A stretch of DNA of 37,717 nt from Candidatus Zambryskiibacteriota bacterium (GCA_023264565.1 JAHFLV010000006.1:1-37717); one strand, 5' to 3'; positions 9,063-17,596 are shown, numbered from the stretch's first letter. Translations and numbers: made by a program. The notes: generated from the sequence alone by a model not told the origin.

Positions 9063-9602
9063 TTATGGACTGGCGGGTTGATTACAGCACAAACCGAGCA
9101 ATGCCTTGAGGTTGTTCTGGAGAACTCCGAGGGCGTGCTGCGTGCGATCCTCAACATCCTGAAGACAACTCACAAGTGCGGGCGATGGGATCGGGTTATA
9201 TGTCAGACAATAACAATAGGCGTCGTACCAATTCTGGTTAAGCTCTTCGAGGTCCTTGTAGTATTGAATAATCTCAGCCTTCACACAGTCACTGTCCAGA
9301 ATCCCTCCTGATGGACAAATGAAATTAGGGTCGGCGCTCAAAACCCATAAGAAAAAGTCCGTGTGGTACTGGGGCAAGAACGCGCAGGGATCGTCTGCGT
9401 TTTCAAGTGCTTTCACAAGGAGACCAACCCTTTGGGTGGGGTCGGCCTCCTTTAGTGCCTGGGCAACAAAGTACGAACGCTCGCTGTTCGGCACCAACAC
9501 CCTATCTGGCGGCATGGACACCACCTGGGCCGAGACCGAACGAGACAACGTTGCGACGACCGAAACCAGAAGAAGAACACGAAGATTAAGCTTCAAACTC
9601 AT
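9063..9602 (-). CDS. Orphan secreted Cys-rich protein, 179 aa, paralog of 10812-11351
   Basis: ATG 9602 with GAGGAG SD; signal peptide ending VSA-Q; conserved DCV..Y..DL..W..CxC..CL pattern. Confidence 0.8.
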   Translation of the reverse strand: MSLKLNLRVLLLVSVVATLSRSVSAQVVSMPPDRVLVPNSERSYFVAQALKEADPTQRVGLLVKALENADDPCAFLPQYHTDFFLWVLSADPNFICPSGGILDSDCVKAEIIQYYKDLEELNQNWYDAYCYCLTYNPIPSPALVSCLQDVEDRTQHALGVLQNNLKALLGLCCNQPASP

Positions 9603-9609
9603 GTGCAAA

Positions 9610-9704
9610 CTCCTCAAAATGCGCGTCTCTCTCGAGAGATCGCTGTGTTAAAGAACGATTTGGATTCGACCCAGAACACTACCAGGAATTCCCTTGATGG
9701 TCAA
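9610..9704 (-). promoter_or_regulatory. Promoter, boxA-like motif, hairpin and SD leader
   Basis: TTGACC-17-TAGTGT; CGTTCTTTAACA (9657-9646); hairpin GCGaTCTCT cgag AGAGACGC; GAGGAG (9615-9610). Confidence 0.65.
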
Positions 9705-9715
9705 AAAACAAAACA

Positions 9716-10459
9716 TTAGAAACCGACAACCGGAGGAATTAAATCTCTCGTGGGTGGTGTGGTTATTGTTGGACGAACAGGTGGTATAGGACATTCTTGT
9801 GGCATAAGTTTCAAGGTTTTTGGGTCAACAGTATAACAAAACCTTTCGATTTCAGGAGAAATCGTTGGATCTACGAGATGACAATCGACTCGGAAAAGAC
9901 CAGACGGATCGCCCGGTAGACTCGGTTTTAACTCACATTTAACCTTCGGCAAGTAAGAACTTGGGATATCAAAAAACGGTGTTGTGACCTCTATTTTGCA
10001 AGGCTTGTCAGATGCTTCACAAGTAATTTTAATGACGTAGCAAACACTCGTGCGGTTAATAATCGTACAAAGACGAAACTCTTGTTTGCCATGTCGCACA
10101 TCCCCTTCCTTCAAACAGATTCCTGGAACATGAACACCGTTAGGTGCTCCTGGAAAATTTGGCACTGGAAAATATTGTGCGGGTGGCTGACACCAGTCTG
10201 GTGCGGCTGGGGTTGTTGGTGGTGTGGAGGATGGCTTCTCAGGGGGTTTTGTTGTATCAGCCTTTGTGGCTGTAGTAAACGAAAGCAACGAGGTAGCTGA
10301 TGAATTTGTGGAGAGAATAACAGAGGCCACTGCTTTTGAGTATATTTCTTTCTCAGCAACATTTCCCGAAGTGAGACGGACGGTAAGGTTTCCGGCAAAC
10401 ACAAGACATACAAAAACAATGGCAGCGAGTGAAAAAAATGAAACTAATTTTTTATTCAT
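9716..10459 (-). CDS. Orphan exported or membrane-anchored protein with Pro/Thr linker and Cys-rich C-terminal domain
   Basis: 247 aa; N-terminal hydrophobic segment; TTKPPEKPSSTPPTTPAAP linker; many Cys; AT-rich SD-less leader. Confidence 0.75.
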   Translation of the reverse strand: MNKKLVSFFSLAAIVFVCLVFAGNLTVRLTSGNVAEKEIYSKAVASVILSTNSSATSLLSFTTATKADTTKPPEKPSSTPPTTPAAPDWCQPPAQYFPVPNFPGAPNGVHVPGICLKEGDVRHGKQEFRLCTIINRTSVCYVIKITCEASDKPCKIEVTTPFFDIPSSYLPKVKCELKPSLPGDPSGLFRVDCHLVDPTISPEIERFCYTVDPKTLKLMPQECPIPPVRPTITTPPTRDLIPPVVGF

Positions 10460-10499
10460 TAAAAAAATTTATTATTCTAAAGCTAAAAATAGTATACAG

Positions 10500-10529
10500 C
10501 AAAAAACCCGCCAACAAGTGGCGGGTTTG
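10500..10529 (-). terminator. Terminator of orphan 10550-10738
   Basis: Minus AAACCCGCCA cttgt TGGCGGGTTTTTT. Confidence 0.75.
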
Positions 10530-10549
10530 AACGGACGGATACAAAAACC

Positions 10550-10738
10550 TCAGTTCTTGGGCAGATCGATGTGTTGATGCGTTGCCGTGACCTCGGCAGT
10601 CTTTTGGTCAGCGACAGCCTTGGTTGCCAGGAACAGCGTCGGATCGTTCTTGGCCATACAGCCCGGAAAGAAGGTGACGGTAGCGGTCATCAGAACGACA
10701 ACACCTGTCCACGTTAGAATTTTTATAACAACCTTCAT
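10550..10738 (-). CDS. Small orphan putative lipoprotein, 62 aa
   Basis: ATG 10738 with GAGGAG SD; hydrophobic leader ending FFPG-C (lipobox-like); promoter TTGACA-17-CATAAT at 10815-10787. Confidence 0.65.
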   Translation of the reverse strand: MKVVIKILTWTGVVVLMTATVTFFPGCMAKNDPTLFLATKAVADQKTAEVTATHQHIDLPKN

Positions 10739-10811
10739 ATGCGCTCCTCTCTTTCTGAGTATTTTGAATATGTACAACCTCTAAATATTATGTATTTATA
10801 TCTACATTGTG

Positions 10812-11351
10812 TCAAACGCACTCTCCATTCTTAACCAAATAAAAAACCCGCCTGGAGGCGGGGTGCTTTAAAGCACATGTTTCACATTCGATCAGGGTAA
10901 CACACCGTCTGGCACACAACTCGAGATCAGCATCCGCCGAACTGAGACAGTCCCCTAATTTCTGAGGATCGTCTTCGTAGATTTCTCGACAATCACACTG
11001 CCTATGGCGCCATGCATTGAGGGAGGTAATGAGGTCGGCCACGTACCGCGTACGAACGTCGTCGACACAGTCTGGATTCAGATGGTGCTTCGGTGCCTTA
11101 CAGGGAATATCGACCAACGCGTACGAAAGCCATTCCATGAACTTGGGATACGTCACCGGGTCATCATCGCAATAAAGCGTCGGCTCCATGAGCGAAACAG
11201 CATATTCAAAGAGCGCAGACTCAGAAACGAAGTGCGCCCCAACTGTCGGTGGTGGGGTGATGATCTGGGCCAAGGATTTTTGTCCTGGGAACAAGACCAT
11301 CGAGGCCGCAATCACACAAGCAAAAAACACGGGGCTTAACTTCTGACGCAT
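10812..11351 (-). CDS. Orphan secreted Cys-rich protein, 179 aa, paralog of 9063-9602
   Basis: AGGAG SD; signal peptide ending SLA-Q; shared Cys pattern. Confidence 0.8.
   Translation of the reverse strand: MRQKLSPVFFACVIAASMVLFPGQKSLAQIITPPPTVGAHFVSESALFEYAVSLMEPTLYCDDDPVTYPKFMEWLSYALVDIPCKAPKHHLNPDCVDDVRTRYVADLITSLNAWRHRQCDCREIYEDDPQKLGDCLSSADADLELCARRCVTLIECETCALKHPASRRVFYLVKNGECV
10841..10864 (-). terminator. Terminator-like hairpin overlapping the 3' end of ORF 10812-11351
   Basis: Minus CCCGCC tcca GGCGGG TTTTTT. Confidence 0.6.
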
Positions 11352-11357
11352 CACAAA

Positions 11358-11447
11358 CTCCTATAAATGTACCCCCAACAAGGAGGCGTTACGAAAGAAC
11401 AAAAAACACAGACTGAAAATGGTAGCAGAAGAAAAATAACTGGTCAA
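11358..11447 (-). promoter_or_regulatory. Promoter, boxA-like motif, hairpin and SD leader
   Basis: TTGACC-17-(TGc)TACCAT; TGTTCTTT (11401-11394); hairpin GCCTCC ttgtt GGGGGT; AGGAG (11362-11358). Confidence 0.6.
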
Positions 11448-11552
11448 TAAATATGTCGTACACAAAAACCCAACAAAAAACCGGCTTTCACCGATCTTTT
11501 GTTTTTCTTTAAAAATATTTGATCGCCCTAGAGACAATCTGCAATCGCGCGA

Positions 11553-13694
11553 CTACGCTCGTGCTGCTGCGATTTCGGCTTCGACGTTCTTTGGAACGAT
11601 ATCGTAATGATCGAATTCCATAGTAGATGAACCTCGGCCTTCAGACATAGATCGGAGCTGGGTTGTGTAACCGAACATTTCAGAAAGAGGAACCATCGCT
11701 CGGATAACCTTGAGCATTCCTCGATCTTCCATTCCTTCAATCTGTCCTCGCTTTGATGAAAGTGAACCAGTAACGTCTCCCATGAACTTTTCTGGAACGA
11801 CAACTTCAACTTTCATAATAGGTTCGAGAATAACTGGCTTTGCGCGCTTTGCCGCTTCCTGGAACGCCTGAGAACCAGCGATCTTGTACGCAATTTCAGA
11901 TGAGTCGACATCGTGGTATGAACCGAATGTGAGTTCACAAGAAATATCAACAAGTTTGAAGCCCGCAACGATACCTCGGTCCATCGCTTCCTTCACACCC
12001 TTTTCAACGGCTGGAATAAATTCCTGTGGAATAACACCTCCCTTGATAGAGTCGATGAATTCGAAATGATCGTATCGCTTAACGTTCTTAGGAATTTTCT
12101 TACCTTCTTCGAGTTTCTCGAGAGGTTTGATAGTGAGCTTTACGTGACCGTACTGACCCTTACCTCCGGACTGCTTGATGTATTTGTGTTCTGCTTCTGC
12201 AGCGGTGGTAATAGTTTCTCGGTACGCAACCTGAGGCTTACCGACGTTTGCTTCGACAGCGAATTCTCGCTTCATTCGATCAACCATGATTTCAAGATGG
12301 AGTTCTCCCATTCCGGAAATAATTGTTTCCATAGTTTCAGGATTTGAAGTGATTCGGAAGGTTGGATCTTCATCAGAAAGTTTCTTGAGGGCCATACCCA
12401 TTTTTTCCTGATCAGCCTTTGTCTTTGGTTCGATTCGGAGAGAAACAACAGGTTCAGCGAACTTAATAGGATCAAGAATGATTGGATTGTTTTCGTCGCA
12501 GAATGTATGAGAAGTTTTTGCAGTTTTCAAACCGACAGCAGCAGCAATTTCTCCGGCATAAACCTTCTTTACCTCTTCTCGTTTGTCGGCCTGAAGACGG
12601 ACGATACGGCCGAGTCGTTCTTTATCCCCTGTTGTTGCGTTGTAAATATATGTGCCGGCTTCGATTGTTCCTGAGTACACACGGAAGAACACGAGCTGAC
12701 CCACGAATGGGTCGGTCTGGAGTTTGAACGCGAGCGCAGAGAAAGGAGCTTCGTCTGAAGGAGCTCGGGTGATCTTGTCCCCCGTCTTAGGGTCAATTCC
12801 TTCGATTGGTGGAGCTTCGAGTGGAGATGGGAGGTAGTCAACAACGGCGTCAAGAACGAGCTGCACACCCTTGTTCTTCAAAGCTGAACCAGTGAATACT
12901 GGGATAAGCTTCACTGCCAAAACGGCCTTTCGCATAGTCTTTTTAAGATCAGCGAGAGACGGTTCCTTTCCTTCGAGGTACGCACTCATCAATGCATCAT
13001 CGTGTTCAACGATCTTTTCGATAAGTTCGGCTCGGTACTTCTTTGCATCTTCCATGTATTCCGCAGGAATTTCTTCTTCACGGATTTTGTTTCCCATTTC
13101 GCCTTCAAAATAGAAGGCCTTCATTTTCAAAAGGTCGATCACGCCAGAGAAGTTTTCTTCAGAACCCATAGGGATCTGCATTCGAACCGCGTTCTTGTTG
13201 AGTCGATCAAGAATAGATTTGTATGATCGTTCGAAAGAAGCGCCCATTCGGTCGAGTTTGTTGATAAAGCAGATTCGAGGCACCGCACCTTCGTCGGCAT
13301 AGCGCCAGTTAGTTTCTGACTGAGGTTCAACACCAGCAACACCGTCGAACACCACAACCGCGCCGTCGAGTACTCGGAGAGATCGTTTTACTTCTGCAGT
13401 AAAGTCGATGTGGCCTGGGGTGTCGATAATATTAAAACGCTGTTTGATAGAAGTGTCGGTTCCCATGTAGGTTGGGTTCCAGAAACAAGTAATCGCCGCC
13501 GCGGTAATGGTGATACCTCGTTCTCGCTCTTGTTCCATCCAGTCAGTGACAGTCGTACCGTCATGAACTTCACCGATTTTGTGTGACATACCGGTGTAGT
13601 ACAAAATTCGCTCGGAGACAGTCGTCTTACCAGCGTCGATATGCGCAATGATTCCAAAGTTACGAACTCGCTCCAACGGATAGTCTCGATTCAT
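11553..13694 (-). CDS. fusA: Elongation factor G
   Basis: [47 protein letters not shown]. Confidence 0.99.
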   Translation of the reverse strand: MNRDYPLERVRNFGIIAHIDAGKTTVSERILYYTGMSHKIGEVHDGTTVTDWMEQERERGITITAAAITCFWNPTYMGTDTSIKQRFNIIDTPGHIDFTAEVKRSLRVLDGAVVVFDGVAGVEPQSETNWRYADEGAVPRICFINKLDRMGASFERSYKSILDRLNKNAVRMQIPMGSEENFSGVIDLLKMKAFYFEGEMGNKIREEEIPAEYMEDAKKYRAELIEKIVEHDDALMSAYLEGKEPSLADLKKTMRKAVLAVKLIPVFTGSALKNKGVQLVLDAVVDYLPSPLEAPPIEGIDPKTGDKITRAPSDEAPFSALAFKLQTDPFVGQLVFFRVYSGTIEAGTYIYNATTGDKERLGRIVRLQADKREEVKKVYAGEIAAAVGLKTAKTSHTFCDENNPIILDPIKFAEPVVSLRIEPKTKADQEKMGMALKKLSDEDPTFRITSNPETMETIISGMGELHLEIMVDRMKREFAVEANVGKPQVAYRETITTAAEAEHKYIKQSGGKGQYGHVKLTIKPLEKLEEGKKIPKNVKRYDHFEFIDSIKGGVIPQEFIPAVEKGVKEAMDRGIVAGFKLVDISCELTFGSYHDVDSSEIAYKIAGSQAFQEAAKRAKPVILEPIMKVEVVVPEKFMGDVTGSLSSKRGQIEGMEDRGMLKVIRAMVPLSEMFGYTTQLRSMSEGRGSSTMEFDHYDIVPKNVEAEIAAARA

Positions 13695-13727
13695 ATGTTA
13701 AGTTAAATGATTTTTAATTTTTTCGTT

Positions 13728-13828
13728 AAGAAAACCGCTTTTCAGATGAGCGCGATAAGTCCTGCTGGACTTTCGCTACTCTCGGCGCCTTCGCGCCTCC
13801 GGAAACTCATCTTCAAAGCAGTTTTCTT
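13728..13828 (-). other. Structured intergenic element (long stem closing two internal hairpins)
   Basis: AAGAAAAC.GCTTT..AGATGAG pairs with CTCATCT..AAAGC.GTTTTCTT; internal GCGA.AAGTCC/GGACTT.TCGC and GGCG/CGCC hairpins. Confidence 0.6.
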
Positions 13829-13856
13829 GCCAAAAGACTTAGCAATTATATAAAAC

Positions 13857-14327
13857 CTACCAAGCGAAGTGAGCAAAGGCCTTGTTAGCTTCTGCCATTT
13901 TGTGGGTGTTTTCTCGTTTCTTCACTGCTTCACCTTCGTTCTTTGTCGCGAGGATAATTTCTTCAGCGAGTTTTTCAGCCATAGGCTGGCCTTTCTTTGA
14001 CCTTGCAGCCAACACAATCCATTTCATAGAAAGAGACTGTCGGCGCTCTGGGCGCACTTCTCGAGGAACCTGGTAGTTGGCACCTCCAACTCGTCGTGAT
14101 CGAACTTCCATAAGAGGAGCAGTATTTTTCAAAGCTGCTTCAAGAGTTTCGATAGGGTTTTCGGTCTTGGTTTTTTCTTTGATGAGTTCGAGTGCGTCGT
14201 AGACAACGGTTCGAGCCGCGTTCTTCTTTCCATCAAGCATCACATAGTTAATGAGCTTAGCGACTTTGAGTGAGTCGTATTTGAATTCTGGATCTGTTTT
14301 AAATTTTCGCTTAACTTTTCTTCGCAT
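13857..14327 (-). CDS. rpsG: 30S ribosomal protein S7
   Basis: EVRSRRVGGANYQVP, HKMAEANKAFAHF. Confidence 0.98.
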   Translation of the reverse strand: MRRKVKRKFKTDPEFKYDSLKVAKLINYVMLDGKKNAARTVVYDALELIKEKTKTENPIETLEAALKNTAPLMEVRSRRVGGANYQVPREVRPERRQSLSMKWIVLAARSKKGQPMAEKLAEEIILATKNEGEAVKKRENTHKMAEANKAFAHFAW

Positions 14328-14360
14328 AAAGATGATGAATGACTAAATTATTTATTGAGT

Positions 14361-14771
14361 TTAGGCCTTAGGTCTCTTAGTACCGTAGACGGATCGGCTG
14401 GTTCGGCGGTTTTCAACGCCAGATGCGTCGAGCTTACCTCGGACGATAGTGTATCGCACTCCGACGTCTTTGACACGACCTCCTCGGAGAAGAACGACTG
14501 CGTGCTCTTGAAGATTGTGACCAACACCTGGGATGTAGGCAGTGACTTCCATACCGTTTGTAAGGCGAACTCGGGCGATCTTTCGGATAGCTGAGTTAGG
14601 TTTTCTAGGAGTTTTTGTCGTAACTTTCACGCAAACACCTCGTTTGAAAGGTGATGGGAAACTTGCTGGGCGATTCTTCAAAGTATTGAAACCACGAGAA
14701 AGAGCGGCCGCTTTTGATTTGCGAACCTTGATGACTCGTCGTCGCTTAACTAATTGATTTATCGTTGCCAT
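14361..14771 (-). CDS. rpsL: 30S ribosomal protein S12
   Basis: [29 protein letters not shown]. Confidence 0.98.
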   Translation of the reverse strand: MATINQLVKRRRVIKVRKSKAAALSRGFNTLKNRPASFPSPFKRGVCVKVTTKTPRKPNSAIRKIARVRLTNGMEVTAYIPGVGHNLQEHAVVLLRGGRVKDVGVRYTIVRGKLDASGVENRRTSRSVYGTKRPKA

Positions 14772-14785
14772 GTAGCTAGACGAGT

Positions 14786-14814
14786 ACTTTACTAAATAAT
14801 CGAAAAATACGCAA
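14786..14814 (-). promoter_or_regulatory. Putative str operon promoter
   Basis: TTGCGT-17-TAAAGT shortly upstream of the rpsL ATG. Confidence 0.5.
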
Positions 14815-14831
14815 GAAAATCAGCACCCCCT

Positions 14832-14863
14832 AAAAAGAAAGGCCCCGCATCCATGCAGGGCCC
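14832..14863 (-). terminator. Terminator of orphan 14889-15152
   Basis: Minus GGCCCTGCAT gg ATGCGGGGCC TTTCTTTTT. Confidence 0.7.
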
Positions 14864-14888
14864 AATGGTGGAAACAGAACTCACTGAT

Positions 14889-15152
14889 TCAGGCAGTCCT
14901 CCGAAGACCAGATGGATTGGATGAAGGACTGGTCATCACGAACAGGCTTTCAAAACCATACCCCCACCTACGAAGATTGGCGGCGAGGAAATGATCTGAA
15001 CAAGACTCACAGCGTTCTGCGTGAGCCTTTGTGGTCTGGAGACATCTTCCCCTTAACCGCCCTTGCATGAGGCAGTTGAACCTCAAAAAAAACTGATCGC
15101 AGGTGCAACCGCCGATTCGCTTATCCGGATTGGACACGGGCTGAGTCTTCAT
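14889..15152 (-). CDS. Small orphan protein with zf-HC2/ZAS anti-sigma-like zinc finger, 87 aa
   Basis: ATG 15152 with AGGAG SD; C..F......L..G.L.......AHAERCESC (HxxxCxxC); promoter TTGTAT-16-TATATT. Confidence 0.65.
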   Translation of the reverse strand: MKTQPVSNPDKRIGGCTCDQFFLRFNCLMQGRLRGRCLQTTKAHAERCESCSDHFLAANLRRWGYGFESLFVMTSPSSNPSGLRRTA

Positions 15153-15238
15153 TGATCTCTTCTCCTGTAAACGGTGACGAACACACAAAGTGTTTCTATT
15201 TCTTCTTTTAATATACTCCCCCGCCCCAGATATACAAC

Positions 15239-15856
15239 TTAGATATACAAACCGGTTAATAGAACAAAAAACTTGGCGATGATTGGTGAAACGGCACCCC
15301 AGAAAAAGAAAACAAAGAATAAAACAATAAAAATTCCATAACGCTCAAGAAAAACTCGGCCTTTATTCCAGCCAATGTTAAAAATAGAGAAAAAGATTTT
15401 TGAACCATCGAGTGGCGGGATTGGGATGAGGTTGAAAGTCGCAAGAACGATATTGATCAAGACGATATAACTCGTAATTTTCAGAATATTCGCATTCTCA
15501 ATAAAACCAGTTGAAATACCGAAGCGGATGAGACCACCAAAAACGATTGCGATGACAATATTAGAAAGCGGGCCAGCAAAAGCCACGATCGCCTCACCCC
15601 AACGCTGATTACGAAGATTGTAGACATTATATGGAACTGGTTTTGCCCAACCGATCAAAAAACCCGAACCCGAGATAAAAAGAAGCAGCGGCAAGATAAT
15701 CGAACCGAATGGATCAATATGCTTTAAAGGATTCATGGTCAAACGACCTTCGAGCCGAGCGGTTGGGTCACCGAGCGAGTCTGCCGCGTACCCATGGGCC
15801 ACTTCATGGATAATGACAGAGAAGACAAGAATGAAGATTTCGAAGATAAAGTCCAT
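15239..15856 (-). CDS. Site-2 protease (peptidase M50) family membrane metalloprotease
   Basis: HEVAH, GWAKPVP, AGPLSN, FNLIPIPPLDG; start at ATG 15856. Confidence 0.93.
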   Translation of the reverse strand: MDFIFEIFILVFSVIIHEVAHGYAADSLGDPTARLEGRLTMNPLKHIDPFGSIILPLLLFISGSGFLIGWAKPVPYNVYNLRNQRWGEAIVAFAGPLSNIVIAIVFGGLIRFGISTGFIENANILKITSYIVLINIVLATFNLIPIPPLDGSKIFFSIFNIGWNKGRVFLERYGIFIVLFFVFFFWGAVSPIIAKFFVLLTGLYI

Positions 15857-15875
15857 AAAAATATGCAATGTCTGC

Positions 15876-15903
15876 TTGATTAATTTGATACCTATGATAG
15901 CAT
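15876..15903 (+). promoter_or_regulatory. Putative rpmB promoter
   Basis: TTGATT, 16 nt, TGa-TAGCAT. Confidence 0.5.
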
Positions 15904-15931
15904 GCTTGTCACGACTCAATAGAGTAAACAT

Positions 15932-16174
15932 ATGGCAAAAATCTGCCCAGTTACAAAAAAAGGTTCAATGGTAGGAGGTGGCTTCAGTAACCGAACTCGA
16001 GCTACGCAGTTTAACCCTACCGGAAAAACTCGCCGCTACCCTAACCTCCAGAAGCGCCGCATCTACATTCCTGAACTCAAAAAACACGTCCGAGTTACTC
16101 TTTCAGCTCGAGGTATCCGAACCGTCAACAAGCAAGGTTCTCTCAAGGCTCTCCGAACCGCAGGCGTTATTTAA
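15932..16174 (+). CDS. rpmB: 50S ribosomal protein L28
   Basis: MAKICPVTKK, RRYPNLQKRRIY, LSARGIRTV. Confidence 0.93.
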   Translation: MAKICPVTKKGSMVGGGFSNRTRATQFNPTGKTRRYPNLQKRRIYIPELKKHVRVTLSARGIRTVNKQGSLKALRTAGVI

Positions 16175-16220
16175 ATACAGCAGCCGATCGAGCACATGGC
16201 TCAAAATGCGCAACGACACG

Positions 16221-16246
16221 AAAGCTCCCTTCTGGGGAGTTTTTTG
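16221..16246 (+). terminator. Terminator after rpmB
   Basis: AAAGCTCCC ttctg GGGAGTTTT TTG. Confidence 0.75.
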
Positions 16247-16332
16247 TTGTCTTTGAACTGATAAAATAGACCGAGAAAATTACAGAGTACCGCAATAAAA
16301 GAATTGAGAGTGGAACAGAAAGGAGGAAAAAA

Positions 16333-16665
16333 TTGGCGAGATATTACACACGTGGAAGTTGGTGCAAATACTTTGGCGGACTAGGAATTATCGAATGCCA
16401 CGGAATTGATGACGAAAGAATGCCCGTGCACACTGTGTGTGGCGGAGAACTTATCGAAATCATCAACAGACGAACAGTCTGGACGGATGGCATCGGTCAA
16501 AGTCCAGCGGAAACGGGTGAAATAGTCGAGGTCGCAATTATTCTTTGTACTATATGCGACAGAAGAGTTCGGCTAGTCGACGATCTACAATCAATCTTCA
16601 GATCACAATTTTTTCTAACTGAACTTCCAGTCTGCATCCCTACCCGACGTCCGATCACGTCCTAA
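16333..16665 (+). CDS. Orphan Cys/His-containing hypothetical protein, 110 aa
   Basis: TTG start preceded by AGGAGG (16321-16326); CHG, HTVC and CTIC; followed by a terminator. Confidence 0.6.
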   Translation: MARYYTRGSWCKYFGGLGIIECHGIDDERMPVHTVCGGELIEIINRRTVWTDGIGQSPAETGEIVEVAIILCTICDRRVRLVDDLQSIFRSQFFLTELPVCIPTRRPITS

Positions 16666-16704
16666 GCCCCATAACAGAATTGTCTGTGTGGGGTGTTTTT
16701 ATTT
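16666..16704 (+). terminator. Terminator between orphan 16333-16665 and the convergent MBL gene
   Basis: GCCCCAT.ACAGA attg TCTGTGTGGGGT followed by TTTTTATTT. Confidence 0.55.
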
Positions 16705-16717
16705 AAAAGGCACACTC

Positions 16718-17596
16718 TCATTCAACTCGCGTAAATTTTTTCCCATCGCTTTTCATAATAATCGTGCCAAGCTGATCGGTACGAAAAAGTTTCAAAGGAA
16801 ATTTGGCGAGGGTCGCTAATGTTTCATCATTTGGATGACCATATTTATTTTCTTTGCCGCAAGAAATCACGGCGTATTGAGGATTCACCATTTTTACAAA
16901 CTCTTCGCTCGACGAAGTTTTCGATCCGTGATGCCCCGCTTTTAAAATATCACTTTCGAGTCGCAAGAACTGCGGCGTGCTGCTGTCAGTAATACTAAGC
17001 AGATGATTTTCTACACCAATCGGCGCGTCGCCCGTAAGCATGACTTCGGTTTCACCATACGTAAGACGCGCAACGATCGAACCATCGTTCGTAGTTTCCA
17101 TAGACACATCGCGGTCCGGAAATAAAACAGTCAGGATAACTTCCCTGCCCGGTGTATCATCCAAAATTATTTTCATACCACGTCGAGCCAGCGTTTTTGG
17201 AATTTCTTTTTCTTTAATTAATTCTTGAAGCGTTGTATGAGTCAGTGTTTTGCTTTGTGTTCCCGGTTCCAACACGCTTCCAACATCGAATCGTTTTAAA
17301 ATATCAATAAAGCCAGCAATGTGGTCCTTGTCGGGATTCGTAATAACGATCATGTCGAGGGATTTGTCGTACCACGGCATGACAGCACCTAATTCATGGA
17401 GCACTTTGGCATCGGGCCCGCCATCCACCAGGATCTGATTACCGTTCGGGGCCTCAATAAAAATTGCATCACCCTGACCGATATCGAGAAAAGCCACGGT
17501 GAGCTCGTGCCGAGCTGATTCAAGATACACTGCATGCCAAATCGCGCCGTTTGTTACGGCAAGCAATGTCATCAGGCCAATAAAAAACTTTTTCAT
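16718..17596 (-). CDS. ComEC/Rec2-type metallo-beta-lactamase-fold protein (stand-alone)
   Basis: FLDIGQGDA, LVDGGP, DHIAG, LTGD, LKAGHHGSKTSS, NKYGHP, RTDQLG. Confidence 0.92.
   Translation of the reverse strand: MKKFFIGLMTLLAVTNGAIWHAVYLESARHELTVAFLDIGQGDAIFIEAPNGNQILVDGGPDAKVLHELGAVMPWYDKSLDMIVITNPDKDHIAGFIDILKRFDVGSVLEPGTQSKTLTHTTLQELIKEKEIPKTLARRGMKIILDDTPGREVILTVLFPDRDVSMETTNDGSIVARLTYGETEVMLTGDAPIGVENHLLSITDSSTPQFLRLESDILKAGHHGSKTSSSEEFVKMVNPQYAVISCGKENKYGHPNDETLATLAKFPLKLFRTDQLGTIIMKSDGKKFTRVE

Noticed and set aside
8995..11450. Integron cassette array interpretation of the tandem orphans
   Set aside because: No integrase in the window, the hairpins are short terminators without clear RYYYAAC/GTTRRRY attC boxes, and the genes carry their own promoters.
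13728..13828. Hammerhead ribozyme
   Set aside because: The CUGAUGA core is absent on both strands.
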